Source: Catajapyx aquilonaris (Eukaryota). Taken from it: 64,000 nucleotides of DNA. The translations under genes and the position numbers were made by a program. The stretch is from the NCBI GenBank assembly GCA_000934665.2, contig KZ537968.1:124001-188000 (forward strand). Reading direction: 5' to 3'. The stretch's first letter is position 1. Each line of letters begins with the position of its first letter. Below are positions 15,701 to 29,900 of this stretch, piece after piece. Below the pieces are notes generated by a model. It made no database searches, was not told the origin of the DNA, and saw only the letters and a list, made by a program, of their open reading frames with translations.

Positions 15701-17770
15701 TCACCATGTAATTAACACATGTTAATTTCCCGCACATTACCTCGCATTAAATCACTAAACGGATGATGGCAGAATCTCTTCGAAAGTAGTGAAACCCCAA
15801 ACACACTAAGTAGATCGATCCCAGGCCCCCAATTTGTTCCGCAAGAAAACCTGTCACGTAAGTCCGATGATGAGCATATAACTTCCTCATCAACCCCTCC
15901 TGCCCCCTCTTGTGAGAGGCTTCTAGAGAGCTCCCACTCAATTAGATCCTGTTTATTATATTCTTGTGCAACTAGCCTTGCTAAACACTGATTTTCACTC
16001 GGTGCCAATATTTTTCACGATCACAAAACTTGTACCTCCTTCCTTGATGGTCACCTCTTAACCAACAGGTGCCCGTAAATCTTCCCCTTAATTGAGGCAA
16101 ATTGCAATTTTTCTCTGCCCCATTAATTACACCCCTCCCCCGTTCATTTGGACGCCAAGAGCTGGACAAAAAAAAAATCAGCACAGTAGCTGTAGTCTAT
16201 GGCCTTGGTTATCATCCAACCTCCACAGACTTTCTCAAGATTGCCCGCCTGTGACCACACTGATTCGCAGGCACCTATGCGTGTAACCCATGAGCATGCA
16301 ATTACTGCCACAAATTACGGCATGAGTGATTTGGCGCCCAATTTTTAGCACCTGCCACTTTGAACTGGACAAGTCAATTTTTTCCTCCAGTAATGAAAAC
16401 ATTGGATGGAAAAAAAAATTATGTCAAGATGAGATGGTATCAATGTTACGTGGGTATGCCGTCATTGTTGGCCAAATTTGGAGTACCGGTAATTTGGAGT
16501 TTTTGATTGGGATGTAATGTGATGCTGTAGGGGTCCATCTTGAAACAAGGAGGTCGCTTTCTTTTCATGGGGTGATATCATAGTTTCTTCCGTTGTCGGA
16601 ATATGGAACAAGGCCTCATTTTTGCATCATCCTGGTTGTTTACTTCACGCTTGGCTTGGTTTTCCAGGCGGAGGGTAACTTCAACAATCATGGGCTTATC
16701 TCATAGGACAAATTAAAATTTGTGGAAGGGAGTAGACGTGAGGAAGATCCACGTGTTTTCCGCTGCTTTCACTTCCCAAAAATTTCTCTTTTCGCATTCC
16801 AAGGCATATTTGAGCATGTCAAGGATAAGCGGCCTTAAAATATCCGGAACAACTCGGAAGTGTTCGAGCCAAGCTAGGTTGCATAGGGAGTTAGGATGAA
16901 CCCAAGGTCAATCGCTCTGTCGGTCACACTTGGTTAGCCACGGTTTCACACCTGATCATCTTCAACCTATTTAAGGGCCCGGCAATGTACCAGTGTCGAC
17001 AGCCAGGTATGCAGGCTAGGGCTATACAATTCCACGTGACCAAGGCCAAGAAGTGCAAAACAACTTTGTTGACAACCTGTGATGAGTTACATTCCCATAC
17101 AGGAGAAGGAGGACGCTCGTTTTCCTTTTTTCCCTTTACCCATTAATTTGGTTTTTGTCACATTCGCCGTGTGGGTCCGTCACAACAGAGTAAATATGAA
17201 TCGTTGTGGAAATTCAGGGACGCATTAACCCATTTCCAAACATCACTCGGGCACCCTTTTATGTTATTATGAGAGGTAATGAAGCTTGGGATTACGACAG
17301 AACCACCTACACATTGTGAAGGGACTGTTCAATGAAATGATTAAGATTTTGCATGATTAAGGATCCAACCGTCCGATAAAGGCCTCCAAGTTTTAAGGGC
17401 CCATTGAATGAAACAAGAGGCTCAAGCGGAACTGATTGTTGCCCAGCATGCTGATGGTATTGCCCACCCAATTGGCGAATTGCTGCCATAAGAACAAACG
17501 ATGTAAATAAAATGATTTATTGGGAACCATAATGATTATGAAAAAGAGCTCCCGTTCCACTCTGTCACGAACGGCAAGTACAGCATACGCCAGACATTTT
17601 GTAATATGCAAAATTGTGAATTATCATAGACGTTCAACAGTATGTGAAATTTCTGCTAATGTCTTTCACATGATATTACTGATTTTTGTCTTTTTTTCTA
17701 ATTTTTTTTTTTACAATTTCAGTCCGGTGAAGAGAGGCAGCATAGGCGCCTTGGGGAGGGAGAAGAGATC

Positions 17771-17935
17771 ATGAGAGGCTGGTTCGACGCTTTTCGTAGC
17801 GATGGTGGGCCCACTCTGTACAGCTCCAGCAACCGCACCCCTGTCACGGGCGACGTGCCCACCATCACCCTCTGCGTCGTCTTCTTCACCCTCTTCATCG
17901 CCTTCCTCGTCATCTTCCCAGGAGTTCGAAAGGAG
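17771..17935 (+). CDS. DUOXA: DUOXA coding exon 1 (N-terminus and first TM segment)
   Basis: MRGWFDAFRS...FPGVRKE. Acceptor ttttacaatttcAG ends at 17722, so an untranslated exon must lie upstream. Donor GAG|gtgaga, phase 0. Confidence 0.93.
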
Positions 17936-20900
17936 GTGAGAATCTCATACTTTGCTCTTATTTCGAGCACTTGAATTGATAGAACTGGTCCTAAATTAGA
18001 ACACCTTCAGCATGCAAGTTCTGGATACAAAGAGGAAGAAACCCTCACCTTCACCTTCACCCTGCCCTACCCATCCTGATCAAGGCTATTCATAAATCAC
18101 CCACTCCTTGTGGCTATTTATGCCACATATTCACATACACTCATACAAAAATTAGAGGACACGTAAAAAAAGACCTTCGTTTAATGAGGTGTTATGTAAT
18201 TGGTCAAACAAAGCGGCATTGTAGAAACCAAAAGCAAATCTCATTAGCGGTGAGAATTTCTGATCTGATTGTGCTCTGACGTAGCTATATGAGCATCCCA
18301 CTTTATTAATTAGCGAGTCCTTGAGACAAGTTCAGATTATGACGCATGATGCCGATTTATTAGCCACTTGTCTTTAAAGGCAGCCGGATATAAGATTTTT
18401 GATCCCACCAGATATTGTCAGTGTGATGATCGAATGAGCCGGAAGCAGCCAGATAATTAAGTCCATGAGAACAAATCTCTGCAAGGCATCAGAAAGCATG
18501 TCTTGTTACAGTCAGTACACCCCCTGACATTCATTAATCCGGCCCTAAACAGCGATTGTTTTACGCTAATTCTCGTACAATGTAAGGGGTATGATGTAAG
18601 CAACAATTTAAAAGGAGGAGGTTTGGAAAAAGTTGGTTTGAAATGTTGATCACGACGGACTGGTTGTAACCTGGCCACCCTTTTGTTATTTATGAATAAT
18701 ATTTTTTTGCCGTCTAGTAAGACTTGCCCTTTACAAGCCAATTTCCCCTCCTTTGGCTAATGTTATTGTCACTTCCTTCACGGCAAACCAACCTTGAGGA
18801 TTAAACTCGGATGATGCTGTGATACTAATTCCTGCCAAGGACGGCAGGTACAAGTGCAAATTCCGTAATCCGCTTTTTTGATGTGCCACCAAGGGCTACT
18901 TAAAAATAGAAGCACTGTTTAGTCTGGGTAGTCTTTCAAGTTGATGCCCTCAAGCTTACATAAAAGTACACGTGGTATATTAATTAGCATTGGTTGAAGA
19001 TAAACGTACAGGAAAGAGACTGTGTGTTTATATTACGATATGACTGTATAAATTAATGCCAGAAGCTATTCCTATTGACTTTTTACAGCCTTAAAATCCT
19101 GCATTTTTTGTTTATTACAAAATATTTTATACCCTTACCCTTATTATATACCCTTATCAATCATTTTTTTTTATTTGCACATACGTCTCTGCATTCCTGT
19201 TCCTTGTGTGAAATCAGGTGGCCATTCATGATTTAACTAATCCATGTGATTATTTAACGTCACCTGCACAATAATATTCCAAACCGGTAGTACACCTCAG
19301 CAATTCTTCCAGTCATGCAGCACATTTTGTTTGCTTACATTAGGAATGGTCAGGAATAGGCGACAGGCACGTGAGGTATTGAGGTATTTATAAAATATTA
19401 TATAATCGCATCTGATAAGCATTCTGATAGGTATTCTAAGATTATGCAGCAAATGTATATCTCAATATTATTTTAATTTGTAAACAGGTGCCATTCCTCA
19501 TGTCCACGCTATAGGGTTTGAATTGCGCACTTCAGTGAACTAACTTGAGGTCACCGTGATTGGTAACAGTGCACTGAATTAATGGGGGGCAGTTATGCTA
19601 GTTCAGTTAAGAAATAATCGTTGCACCACAGGCAAAAATGCTGGGAGAGGAGCACCCAGATCCATCTCTCCAAAGCCCAAACCAGTTTGAATGACGAACG
19701 ATATTAGAATCGAGATGGGAAAGTTGAGGGGGGAAGCCTCTAGACTGGATCGGCTGTTGCTACACGACGCTGTATGTTTTATGAGAGAAACGTGTGCCTC
19801 GGTGTCTGTGTACCTACTGTCGGTTCCTGGTCCACCAAACAAATTTCTTACGTCGTGAGCTGCATGTTTTTCGAACAGCCTGATTGGCTCAAACCATCAA
19901 ACGGACACGTTCCCTTATCCCCTACGCACGTGCAATTTGTTCATTTGCAGTATGTGCATGCTCAACCATTAGACCTACATTGCTGAGCAGACAAATCGAC
20001 AATGTGACAATAGGACAGTTGTTGTAGAGAGCTCTGATCCGGACAAGCTGGTCTGATGCAGCACAGAATTCTCTTACAAGCATTACCATTTTATTGAAAT
20101 GAGGCCACCCTGTGCCTACCCCAAGTGTTTCAAAACTACATGAACCCTAATGGAATGTTGATTAAGGACAAGGATTCCAACCGCGGTTCTTAGAATCGGC
20201 CGCATTTGTCAAGTACGCCTTGTGACGTGGGTGCGTATGATCGAAATTGTATACGAAAAGGAAAGTTCACGGCAAGTATTCACGTCATCCGTACCACGTG
20301 CAACTCACATGCATTAAATGGCACTCGCCCTGCAGAATCATGACAAATGGGCAGCTTTATTACATCCATCAGAGTATACTTCCTTGAGAATAGCTCAGAG
20401 TTTGACACGTGCCAAGAGGTTTCACGCCATGCCATCCGCCCCATGCTGCTTTGTTCCACTGACCTCTTTGCCTCGATGAGTGCAAGTGGAGTCAAGGGAC
20501 CTTATCAGCCCCTTGATGGTCTGATCTCTCGCCCAACCCATGCAAGTTCTCATATTAAAAATCTTCAGAGAACCGGAAGGAAACACGCAAGCCTTTGGCA
20601 ATTCAAGTGCAAAACTACATCAAGATGGACGATGAAATTAATATTATTACTTTACGCTTCGGCTGTGATGCCAAGACTGTTGTATTGTCAGGTGTGCTGC
20701 AGGTGAAAGTGTCTTGGTGAATAGATCCTAGAGATTGAAATGTCACGTGTTATTATTTTCATGACTGTTGGGAGGGTTCTTTTTTCTAATGATATCTTAC
20801 GCTTCCAGTTCTTGTGTTTGCAAAAGAGGATGTAGTGTAGTTCAAGTAAGCCACTTATCACCCCAAAAAAGAACACTTTCCTTCCTCTTGCACGACTGAC

Positions 20901-23900
20901 ATGAATGAGAGAGAGAGAGAGAAAAAAAAAACTCCTTCACATAAAAATGAAATCCTGTCTGGTAAAATGTCTTAATAAGTGTCATTTCTCCATTTCAGCG
21001 TTTCACAACTTTCACCAGTGTTACGCTGAGTCTTTTTGTGGGGACGGTAATATTAGGTAAGTGCACATTTTGAGTTCGCATGTCTACAATTTATAATGCG
21101 CAGAAAACGTATGATACACAGCAAATTACCAAATATGTAGCTGTTAAACAATCGGATTTGGGATCATTCAGAGATATCAAAAGTTACACTGTTGAATTCC
21201 ACCAACAAATTAACAGTTTCTGCTCGTGATACGTCAATATTATGTTCGCAAAATGACCTACTACAGCTTAATTTTGGTTACTTTTTTGTGAAGTGGCCAT
21301 TACGTGCTATTAATAAGGCAATAATGGAATTTTATTGCACTATAGCCATTTCGATAAAAATTACCAAAATATAACACTACTGTGGCCTTTAGCTTAACGA
21401 CACATGCTATACGATTGAAAGTACAGCTCACTACTTTGTCAAAATATGCAGCTCCATCGTGCCCCAACACTGACATAACAAATGGCATTCCTTATCCCCC
21501 ATCGTGATCATTCACCAATAATATCGTAACATAATACGTGACAGGGCTACCTTGAGCAAGGTAACTCATAATCTAACCCCGACTGAACCAATCCAGAGCA
21601 AAAGTAGTGTGTCGCCATGCCACCACCCCGCTCACCTTGAACCTCGCAAGGATGTCCACAAAAAGAAAAGAAAAAAACTTTTGTGTGTGCATGTGTACGC
21701 ATACGGTCAGGAAGAAAGAGAAAAGATGGTCGTGCCTCACGGACCCTCAGGCAGGGTTATTACACCGAAAGGTCGCGGATATGTTGAGGTGTGTGGAGGA
21801 AGCCGGAAGGCCGCTCTTGGGAAGGACCCTGACCCAGTTGCAAACTGCCCCCGAGGCAAGGTCTTCCTCTCTTCAGGGAAGGGCGGCTGCCGATTGTTTC
21901 GAGGCGCTCATATCACACGACGGCGTTTCATCATAATTTTAGTGTCAGGCACGAGCTTCGAGGGAATAATGACGACAAAGGGGTTTCCTTTGTGCGGAGG
22001 TGACGAAATGGCCTAATATGGCCGCCATTTTTTTTAAAGGGATGCGGCGTGGTGTGGCGTGGGTTTTTGGGAAGCGTGGGGACGCCATTTTCGGCACGCG
22101 GAATGGGCCACATGGGATTCTCCCGGGGTCCTTTTTCCTTCAGACCTTATTTGAAAAAAGGAGGCCATGCAATGGACTTTCCAAGACCAAGACCTATTAG
22201 TGGGAGGAGGAGATGGGCGTCAAAATACAGACGAAATGGGTGTATCCCTTCATTTAAAAAAAAGAGAAAAGGAACGCCTGCTTACAACCGCCGGATTGCT
22301 ATCCCCATTCTCTCTTCATACTACCGGAAGTCTGTGGTATCTCGAAACATCTAAGACAATCCATCTTCCATTATACGCGGTGGAAATTATGTCCCTCCCT
22401 TAACGAAGTTTGTAAGGGGGGGAGTAGTCAGACTTCTTATTTGTGCTCTCTCACCCTCTGATTGAGTCTGGGCTACTGCTCAGGACATGCCACCCACGGC
22501 ATATATCAGGTTGCCAGCATAAAGACAAGGAACAAACAAGTCATGTGCAGGTATCAGTTGTATCTTGATCCATGTTAATGGCTTAGCAGGAGTGTATAAT
22601 CGGCGTTGACAAAAATAGACATGCGAATATAATAGCCACTTCCTTTGCGGTTAGGTTTTGTTCGAGACGAAAAAGAATTGTATGAGATTTATCTGTGCTT
22701 TTCATTATACATGCAGAAGCACATCTAAAATTTTTTTGTGTTAGTATGCAAATGTCAAACGATAGTCTTGCGAGGTCAGAGGCACAGGTTTTCTTCATTA
22801 GTGCGGTAACGGAAGGACCCAAAATGCCAATTTTTTTGCGCCACCTTACAATTTCTTAATCAGCCACGGTTGTAAAAGTGAAAGTCTGGATATCATCACT
22901 GTAGCCCATTCCGAGACCCCTGCGAAGGTTCTGCCCTCCAACCGAGTCAATATTACTCCCCAATTAGTTCTTCTTGGACCCACACCGTCAAGGCCTGCAA
23001 CATCGTCAATGTTTCTTCTTTCTCTCTATCTGGTCAGGACACATTAAATCCTTCAATGTCCTGCTGGTGGGCCATCATCTCCTGCACTTCCTACCCTTCC
23101 CTTTTTTCCATTCCTTCATGAGGAAGTGTTCGAACCAAGGTGAACCCTCCAGAGGATGACGGGGGATTGCAGGTTCTGTTTCTTAACCCTGAAACGAGTT
23201 TTACTTTCCCCACCATCGCGAGAAAAGCAGGCCGTTTATTGCAGTTCGTCATTTTAGTGGCAGTCCCAAAATGATTTACAGGCTCACTTTCGGTGTTTTC
23301 ACATGTTTGCGGAAGTCTCGCTTCCTTGTGAATCCAATTTTTAAAAAGACATCTTCTGGATGTGTTTTTGCTGGACCCCCCAAAAAAGTGGTGAAAGTGT
23401 AGTCTCACTGCAGCCTGAACTACTGAACGAGATAACAATCCTAAACGTCTTCTGTTGGTCATGAGAGGAATGCAATGTGCACACTAATTGGTGCCAGAAA
23501 TCGTGAGAGACAACAAGCCCTTGGAATAGCATGCCAAATTCCTCTCGTATTAATGTGACACATCATGTGCAAAAATCAACGGAGCAATTCCGAAAATGAG
23601 AGGCGGTCCTCTTTCCGTCGCACCTGACTCGAGACTAAAAGAATCAGATAATTGACAAGGAGCCCATACTCCGTGACAGGAACACGCTTAACCTTCAACG
23701 TCTTAAGTCTCCAAGGTCTCTCATGGACCATTAAAAAAGGAAACCCAGAAACCTTGTCAAAAAAAATCGCCCAACGCTAATCATTACCGAACACTATGGT
23801 ATGTCACCCTTGGCGAAATGCATGGTCCGAGACACATGTGTGTCAATCGACATGACTGTGACCCATCTACCTGTCGAACCTTAGTCAATTGCTGGAAAAC

Positions 23901-26900
23901 TATGAGAAAAGTATTTGGGCCAATGATGAGGTAGTCTTGAACCAGATTAAAGTTATGTGGCACGTTGTCGTAGTACAGAGGAGCAATTGTCATTCACGGG
24001 TTTTTTTGGTCAAAAAATGCTGAAAGAGATCTAATCAACTTTACATTATTCGATCAATGTGATAAATGTTTATCAAGAATATTAATAGAACTATTCTGAC
24101 CTCAAAAGTACATGTTTAAAATGCCCCACAACAATTTCATGCTTATGCACAGCATTATAAACACAAGCACGTGTTGCAACGTTTCATGCATCTCTTCATT
24201 TTTAGTCCACATACGCACGTACGCAAACATGAAAATATTATATGACTACGACAATGTCATATCCCGTTGTCAACCCGGTTTTGCAACGAAAAGGGGTTGA
24301 CTCAACAGTTGAGCAATCCGGAGCAACCTACTCCAACCGGTTCCGTATAAAACTTCCTCTGCTGACATTGGAAGCAAAAAAAAAGGAAAATATCTGAGAA
24401 GTGTCGTCGTGACACAAACTTTCGACACAGTGCAACAACCGAAATCAGGACACTGCACCATCAGATTATCCCTGTGCAATGTGAATCTACCTATGCAACA
24501 TTCTTACGCGATGTCCACAGTCAAGGTGAGATTACATGTTGATACCTTGAGCCGCTCTAGCCATCTGCAATCTTCCCAATGACTAATCAACTCTTGCATT
24601 TGTGCTAGCAGTACCTATTGAGTATGAGCATCGGACCAGAGAAAGTCGCATTTTTTATTTTGATGACAGTTCCCAAGTTAGCACCAGCCAAAGGCTTATA
24701 CCAATTTGCAAGGGATAATTAGCACCTTTCATAATTTTTGTGAGAGGGCTCCTGCCTATGTTGTAACCATGATGGTGTGCAATAAGCAGCATCCTTTTGG
24801 TCATCTTGATGGTGTTAGGGTCAAGGCCGATCCTCCACGGCCACCACTTACTTTCGCTAAGTTCTGTTCAGCATAATAACAAGATCTTCTTTGAAATATA
24901 TGTATGTTGCCTACTGAGCTTGGCCAATATCGTGCTAACTATAAGTCAACAGGATGGCGCCAGTCCCTTCATATGAACAGGCAGGTACATATGAAGGGCC
25001 AGGGGTGAGACAGTAGGGGGTCTCTCAATCACTTAGGACCAAGGCATGTCAAAGAGTGCAAAGTGAAAAAACAAGGTGTCGCATGTGTTGACAACGCTCA
25101 TAAATCAATGTGCCGATATATGGAGTCAAGAGTCGTCGACTTGTTCGGATGCTGTTTGAATACTCAATGAAATAGGAACAAATACTCGATTTGTTTTTAG
25201 TGTCGTATACAATGTATGATGTCAGTGACGAAAGCTCACTCGCTAATTGATAGCATGTGTTGTAAGCCATTCACTATTCGTGCTGTCGAAGACTACCAAG
25301 TAGTTTCTCATTCACTGCTTCCTCTTTGGAGGTTTTCTATTGCATATGGCAACAATATTAGGTTCATTCATCAATATTGTTACGCTGCTAGAGTTTGGTT
25401 TATGATTAGCGCATTCAGAAATGGGATATATAATTGGACAAAAATATAAATTCCGGATGTAACAGTCAATGTTATTACGTGGTTATTAGTTCAATAAAAC
25501 TTTTGCTATTGTACGAAGAACCTGTTCTTTTTAAATAATAGCTCTTTAAAGTGTATTCTTATAACATTCTGCAGTCATATTGTAAAATATTAACTATGTA
25601 GAAACTCTGCAATACATTCTTGCTACGCAATACATCTTTCATGTCACTTAAAACTGTAAATTTAATAATGCGCCAGAGTTATATGACGATTAAAAAGACA
25701 AGATTGTCACTTTCGTGCTCAACATAAAGCTATAGCTATGCATCAGGATTAAAACTGATGCTGACATTCAGCTTAAAAGGTGCCCAGTAGCCGCAGATAT
25801 TAATTATTATTACTGGTCACTTCTAAGCGTGCTTCTAAGTATTGAGAATAGACATGTTACTGAGTCAGCGACACCCTAACGTAAGAAAGTAATCGACCTC
25901 AAACACCAGTGCCAGTTATGTAACCGCTCGTATTAATCAGCCACTTTGTATATAATAAGTGTCGTTTACACCATACAATTTAAAGTAACGCCTTAGAAGG
26001 CTTACAGAGTATTATTTTTTAAAATGGTAGATGGCAGATGACTTTTAGATTCACCAATTTTTCACTGAAACTGAACAAAAAGTAACTATAAAATAATGAA
26101 ATACTGTATGTCCATAATATCATCCTTCTCCGTGGTTTTACCAGTGTTACCCTATTTGAAAGGGCCTTATCCTGTGTAACCAGTGTTGTGAAATCATGTG
26201 TTTATTCAATATCACTTTTAGTTGACAGTAGGCCTATCCAACTTGAATAATCAGGAATTATTTAGCTGTGCTAAAAATAAGTGAATGGCTTATCTTGGGT
26301 TATTTTATATCAGAATTTTGCAAACTTGCAAATTTCAAATGCGTTTTTCGCAATATTAAAATATAGAGGACAATGCTTCTTCATCCTAGTTATTTTGCTA
26401 TTGAACTCATAATCACTGCTACAAAATACAGCAATTCAGTTGGCAATAACTGAAAAGTACGAATCAACCCTGTTCATTGGGTGGCCTTACAAGTACCCCG
26501 CTGTTTACAAAAATATGTCATAAAACGACGTCATTTTTCATGACAAGTCTGATTACACGCCCAATTTCCGTGATAGGTCAGCCAGTGTATAAAAATCGAC
26601 GCTAAAAAATACAGCAATAAAACCAAAATATCCTGTCAGGGATGTGTACAGCAGAGCACGCAGTTATACCCGCTTCTTTACAACGTCTGGACCTGCAGGG
26701 TGGTTATAGCAACATGTAATTTTCAGACCAGACTCCCAGTGGTACATTGGAGAAAGAAAGACCCCCAATTGTCGAAACAATACCCTGGAATTCGTGTGTG
26801 TCCATGGACCTCCAGCACAGTGTCTCTTTGATTCGTCGAGCACTCTATTCAGGCCGCCTTTCGTGAGACGCACGCTCACTCTCAAAAAAAAGGAAGATCA

Positions 26901-29900
26901 AAAATGGTTGGCGCGACATTGAACGGTGAGGAATGAGAAATGCTGGAAATCGTCCTTGTGTCTCAGACAAATAAATCGAGGAGAAAGTCTTTGGATTGAC
27001 CCCTGGCCGAGCGTGGAAGCAGCCCTCCATTACGTAATGCCCGAGTAGTAATGTCCCAAAATTTGCCGCTCCTTTTCAATTCATTTGTTCAGAGGTCATC
27101 TGAATGTGTCCGGTCACGTTCACTTCCATTATACCTGGTATTGTTGATAAATCATTTTTACAAAAATTCTGCGTGCAAATATTGTAGCCAATATTTAGCC
27201 ATTAATTACACAAATTTGTAGGATATTATCATATCATGGCACAGCTCGATATCAGACAATGGAACAACCTCGAGAGAAAAAAAAAACCGCAAATCCGGCT
27301 ACGGTAGTCGGCATAATAATCGGGTAGGTCCATTCCTCGTGTGAGACACAATACCAGTCGTATTATACTAACCCCCTGGATTGCAATTTACACAAGGCGT
27401 GGGCCAGAAGTTTGCCCGAAGGACAGGAGAAGACAAGGGACGTGCCTCACGGGGCCTTGTCCACAGCTGATAGAAACCGACCACTCTTTTTTTTGAAGCT
27501 ATTGCTCACGAACTACACTACTTCGTGTTTCTGTAGGAGTCACTTAATGTGGGTGGAAATCGAATAAAAAAATTAATTTATTATGTAACCATCCACTTTA
27601 CACATCATTCCTCCCTTTTTAATGTCATTTCAAGCTCGACATTATTTGAGATACGGATCGGTATGACAAGTTTTAGGACAAACCACTCTTCTTCCCATGA
27701 ACATCCTTGCAAAATAGGTCATTTCTTTTGCAACTCCAAAAAATCGTGGAATGAAAGGAGGCAAATGTCAGGCCTTGGGTGGAGAACACTGTCAGTAGAG
27801 ATCATATCATATCCTCCACCTTTTTTCCTACCAAACTGCTCATTAAGCTAATAAATCGTGATAAAATGAACCCCCGCTGTTTAATTCGCCCGCAAGATGG
27901 ATTATTGTTAAATTGTTATTTTCCTTAATTTTCGCCCTGCGCATTCTTTTTGCTTAGTGTGTACAGGTCAAAAAGACTCTTAACTTATCGGTAGCGCCCT
28001 GATAAATCGCTGGGCGTCCCTACCTGCAAATTTTTTTTTTAAATCATGTTATGCAATCGAATGGCCAATCAAGTTCCTGGGAGAATAATGCATTTCGAGG
28101 CCGAAAGTCACCCACGAAATAATGCTGGACTTCAGAAACGAGGGCAAAGCCACTTATTTGACCCCTGGAAATGGAAGGGCTAGAAAAGGTCATCCCAGCA
28201 ATTGCCTCTCCAGAATAAAATAAAAAAAGACATATAGGGAGGGGCCAACATGCAGCTAAATAGATCGATTCGCATATAGCACGAGCTATATGTTCTCATA
28301 GCCTTGTACACACATTTTTTTCTCTCCAAAATTATGTCAAAGTTACGACCAGTCCGTGTCTGAATATAAACTAGGATGCCCACTGACTGTGAGAGCTAAT
28401 TAAACGATGTTCCTCCCTCCATTTTTTTTCTCAGCAAGATAAACCTGAATGATATACGTCCTCTGTAATCTTCCTCCACCATTAGCAACCAGTATTCCTA
28501 TCAAAGATCATGGCAATAAATGGCCTGTAGCAAGAGGAATGGAGCTGGTTGATGTCAATAGCGACAATGGTGAATCTAAGGGTGGTCGGCCGCATTTCGC
28601 AAAGACGTCAGATAACAATCTTTTCTCAGAAATATTTAATGCTTTCTGGAGGCCATAAAAAGAGTTAAATCTGTCAGATGAACGTTTAGCGCAGCATTTT
28701 ACAACCTGTCACTTACTAGTGACTTGTTTTTTAAAAAGGCGACATGGATATCATACTAGCATATCAATGTTTTATACGGTATTATTAGATAATATTAGTG
28801 TCAGCAAAGTAATTTATAATGTATGTGTACGAGATAATTGAATTTATGTCTTATGCTTGTGCGGTATTTTCTAAACGCCTACACTACAAGCAGGCGCATT
28901 ATAATTTTAACAATTTATTAGCGAATAGGTGCGGGAAATAATGGCATCATTTTCGACATCTCTTCCCACACGGCCATCTTATAAGGCTGACCCCATCGCC
29001 ATTTCAAAACACTCAACCTGGCAGAGAAACACATGGCACGCAACTCTCAAAAAATTCAATGAACATGTAACCAGACGAGCAATTTTGCACCAAGGTTTGA
29101 CCGGTTTCCACGCCACAAATTGAAACTGGAGCCTTACCCCTACAAAACCATACTCTGCAATCATGACCGGCCCACAAGCAATCCATCTTTTCACCTGTAA
29201 CCCCCCCCCCCCCCCAAATCATTATCCAGATATTCACAGCTTCATTTGGAAGGAGGAGGGGGTAGCCTTTTTGAATTGGAAATCACGCCTATGATGAGCA
29301 TTCCTGTCCAACCACATAAATCACTGTTTGAAAGAACAGGTTGAAAAAGATGGCGTGTTTTTTTTTTCTCATGATGCGGTCAAATCGGTTGCAAAATACG
29401 GGATGCCCCTTAACCACAGTTAACCCCATTTTGTAATAAAGTGGGAATTGATAATCAAATAAAGGTCAATGAGTCGGTCGTCAGCAGTTAGAAAGTGGCG
29501 TCTTGACATGAGTTGCGACATGTTTTTTCCTCCATGTCATCAGTCGGTCATAATGATGACTATTGCAACAATGCACGTTCCGAAGCATCGGTGTCGGGTG
29601 TGCCGACTATTAGTATATTTATCATCCCCATCCTGTAACGACCTCCACCTGCGAACAATGCTTTGACTTCCCTAGTAAGGACAGCCAACTCCACAGTAGC
29701 TGATTAGAAGAAGCTATCGAGTCATCGGCACCGTGTCGCGATAAATTAAGTTTAACTCCCCAACTCGGGCCATTCACACGTCAAATCCCCTAGATACTAT
29801 CACACATACCAAGAATAGAGCTTTTGGAAGAGACTATTGCACAACTGGCCCCCTTTATTACATTTCTTTTCCGCATGCCTGCTAACCACTCTGGATTGAA

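Noticed and set aside
21552..22403. ORF cluster inside DUOXA intron 2 as a possible nested gene
   Set aside because: Several frames are open in GC-richer sequence, but none shows homology or a coherent exon structure.
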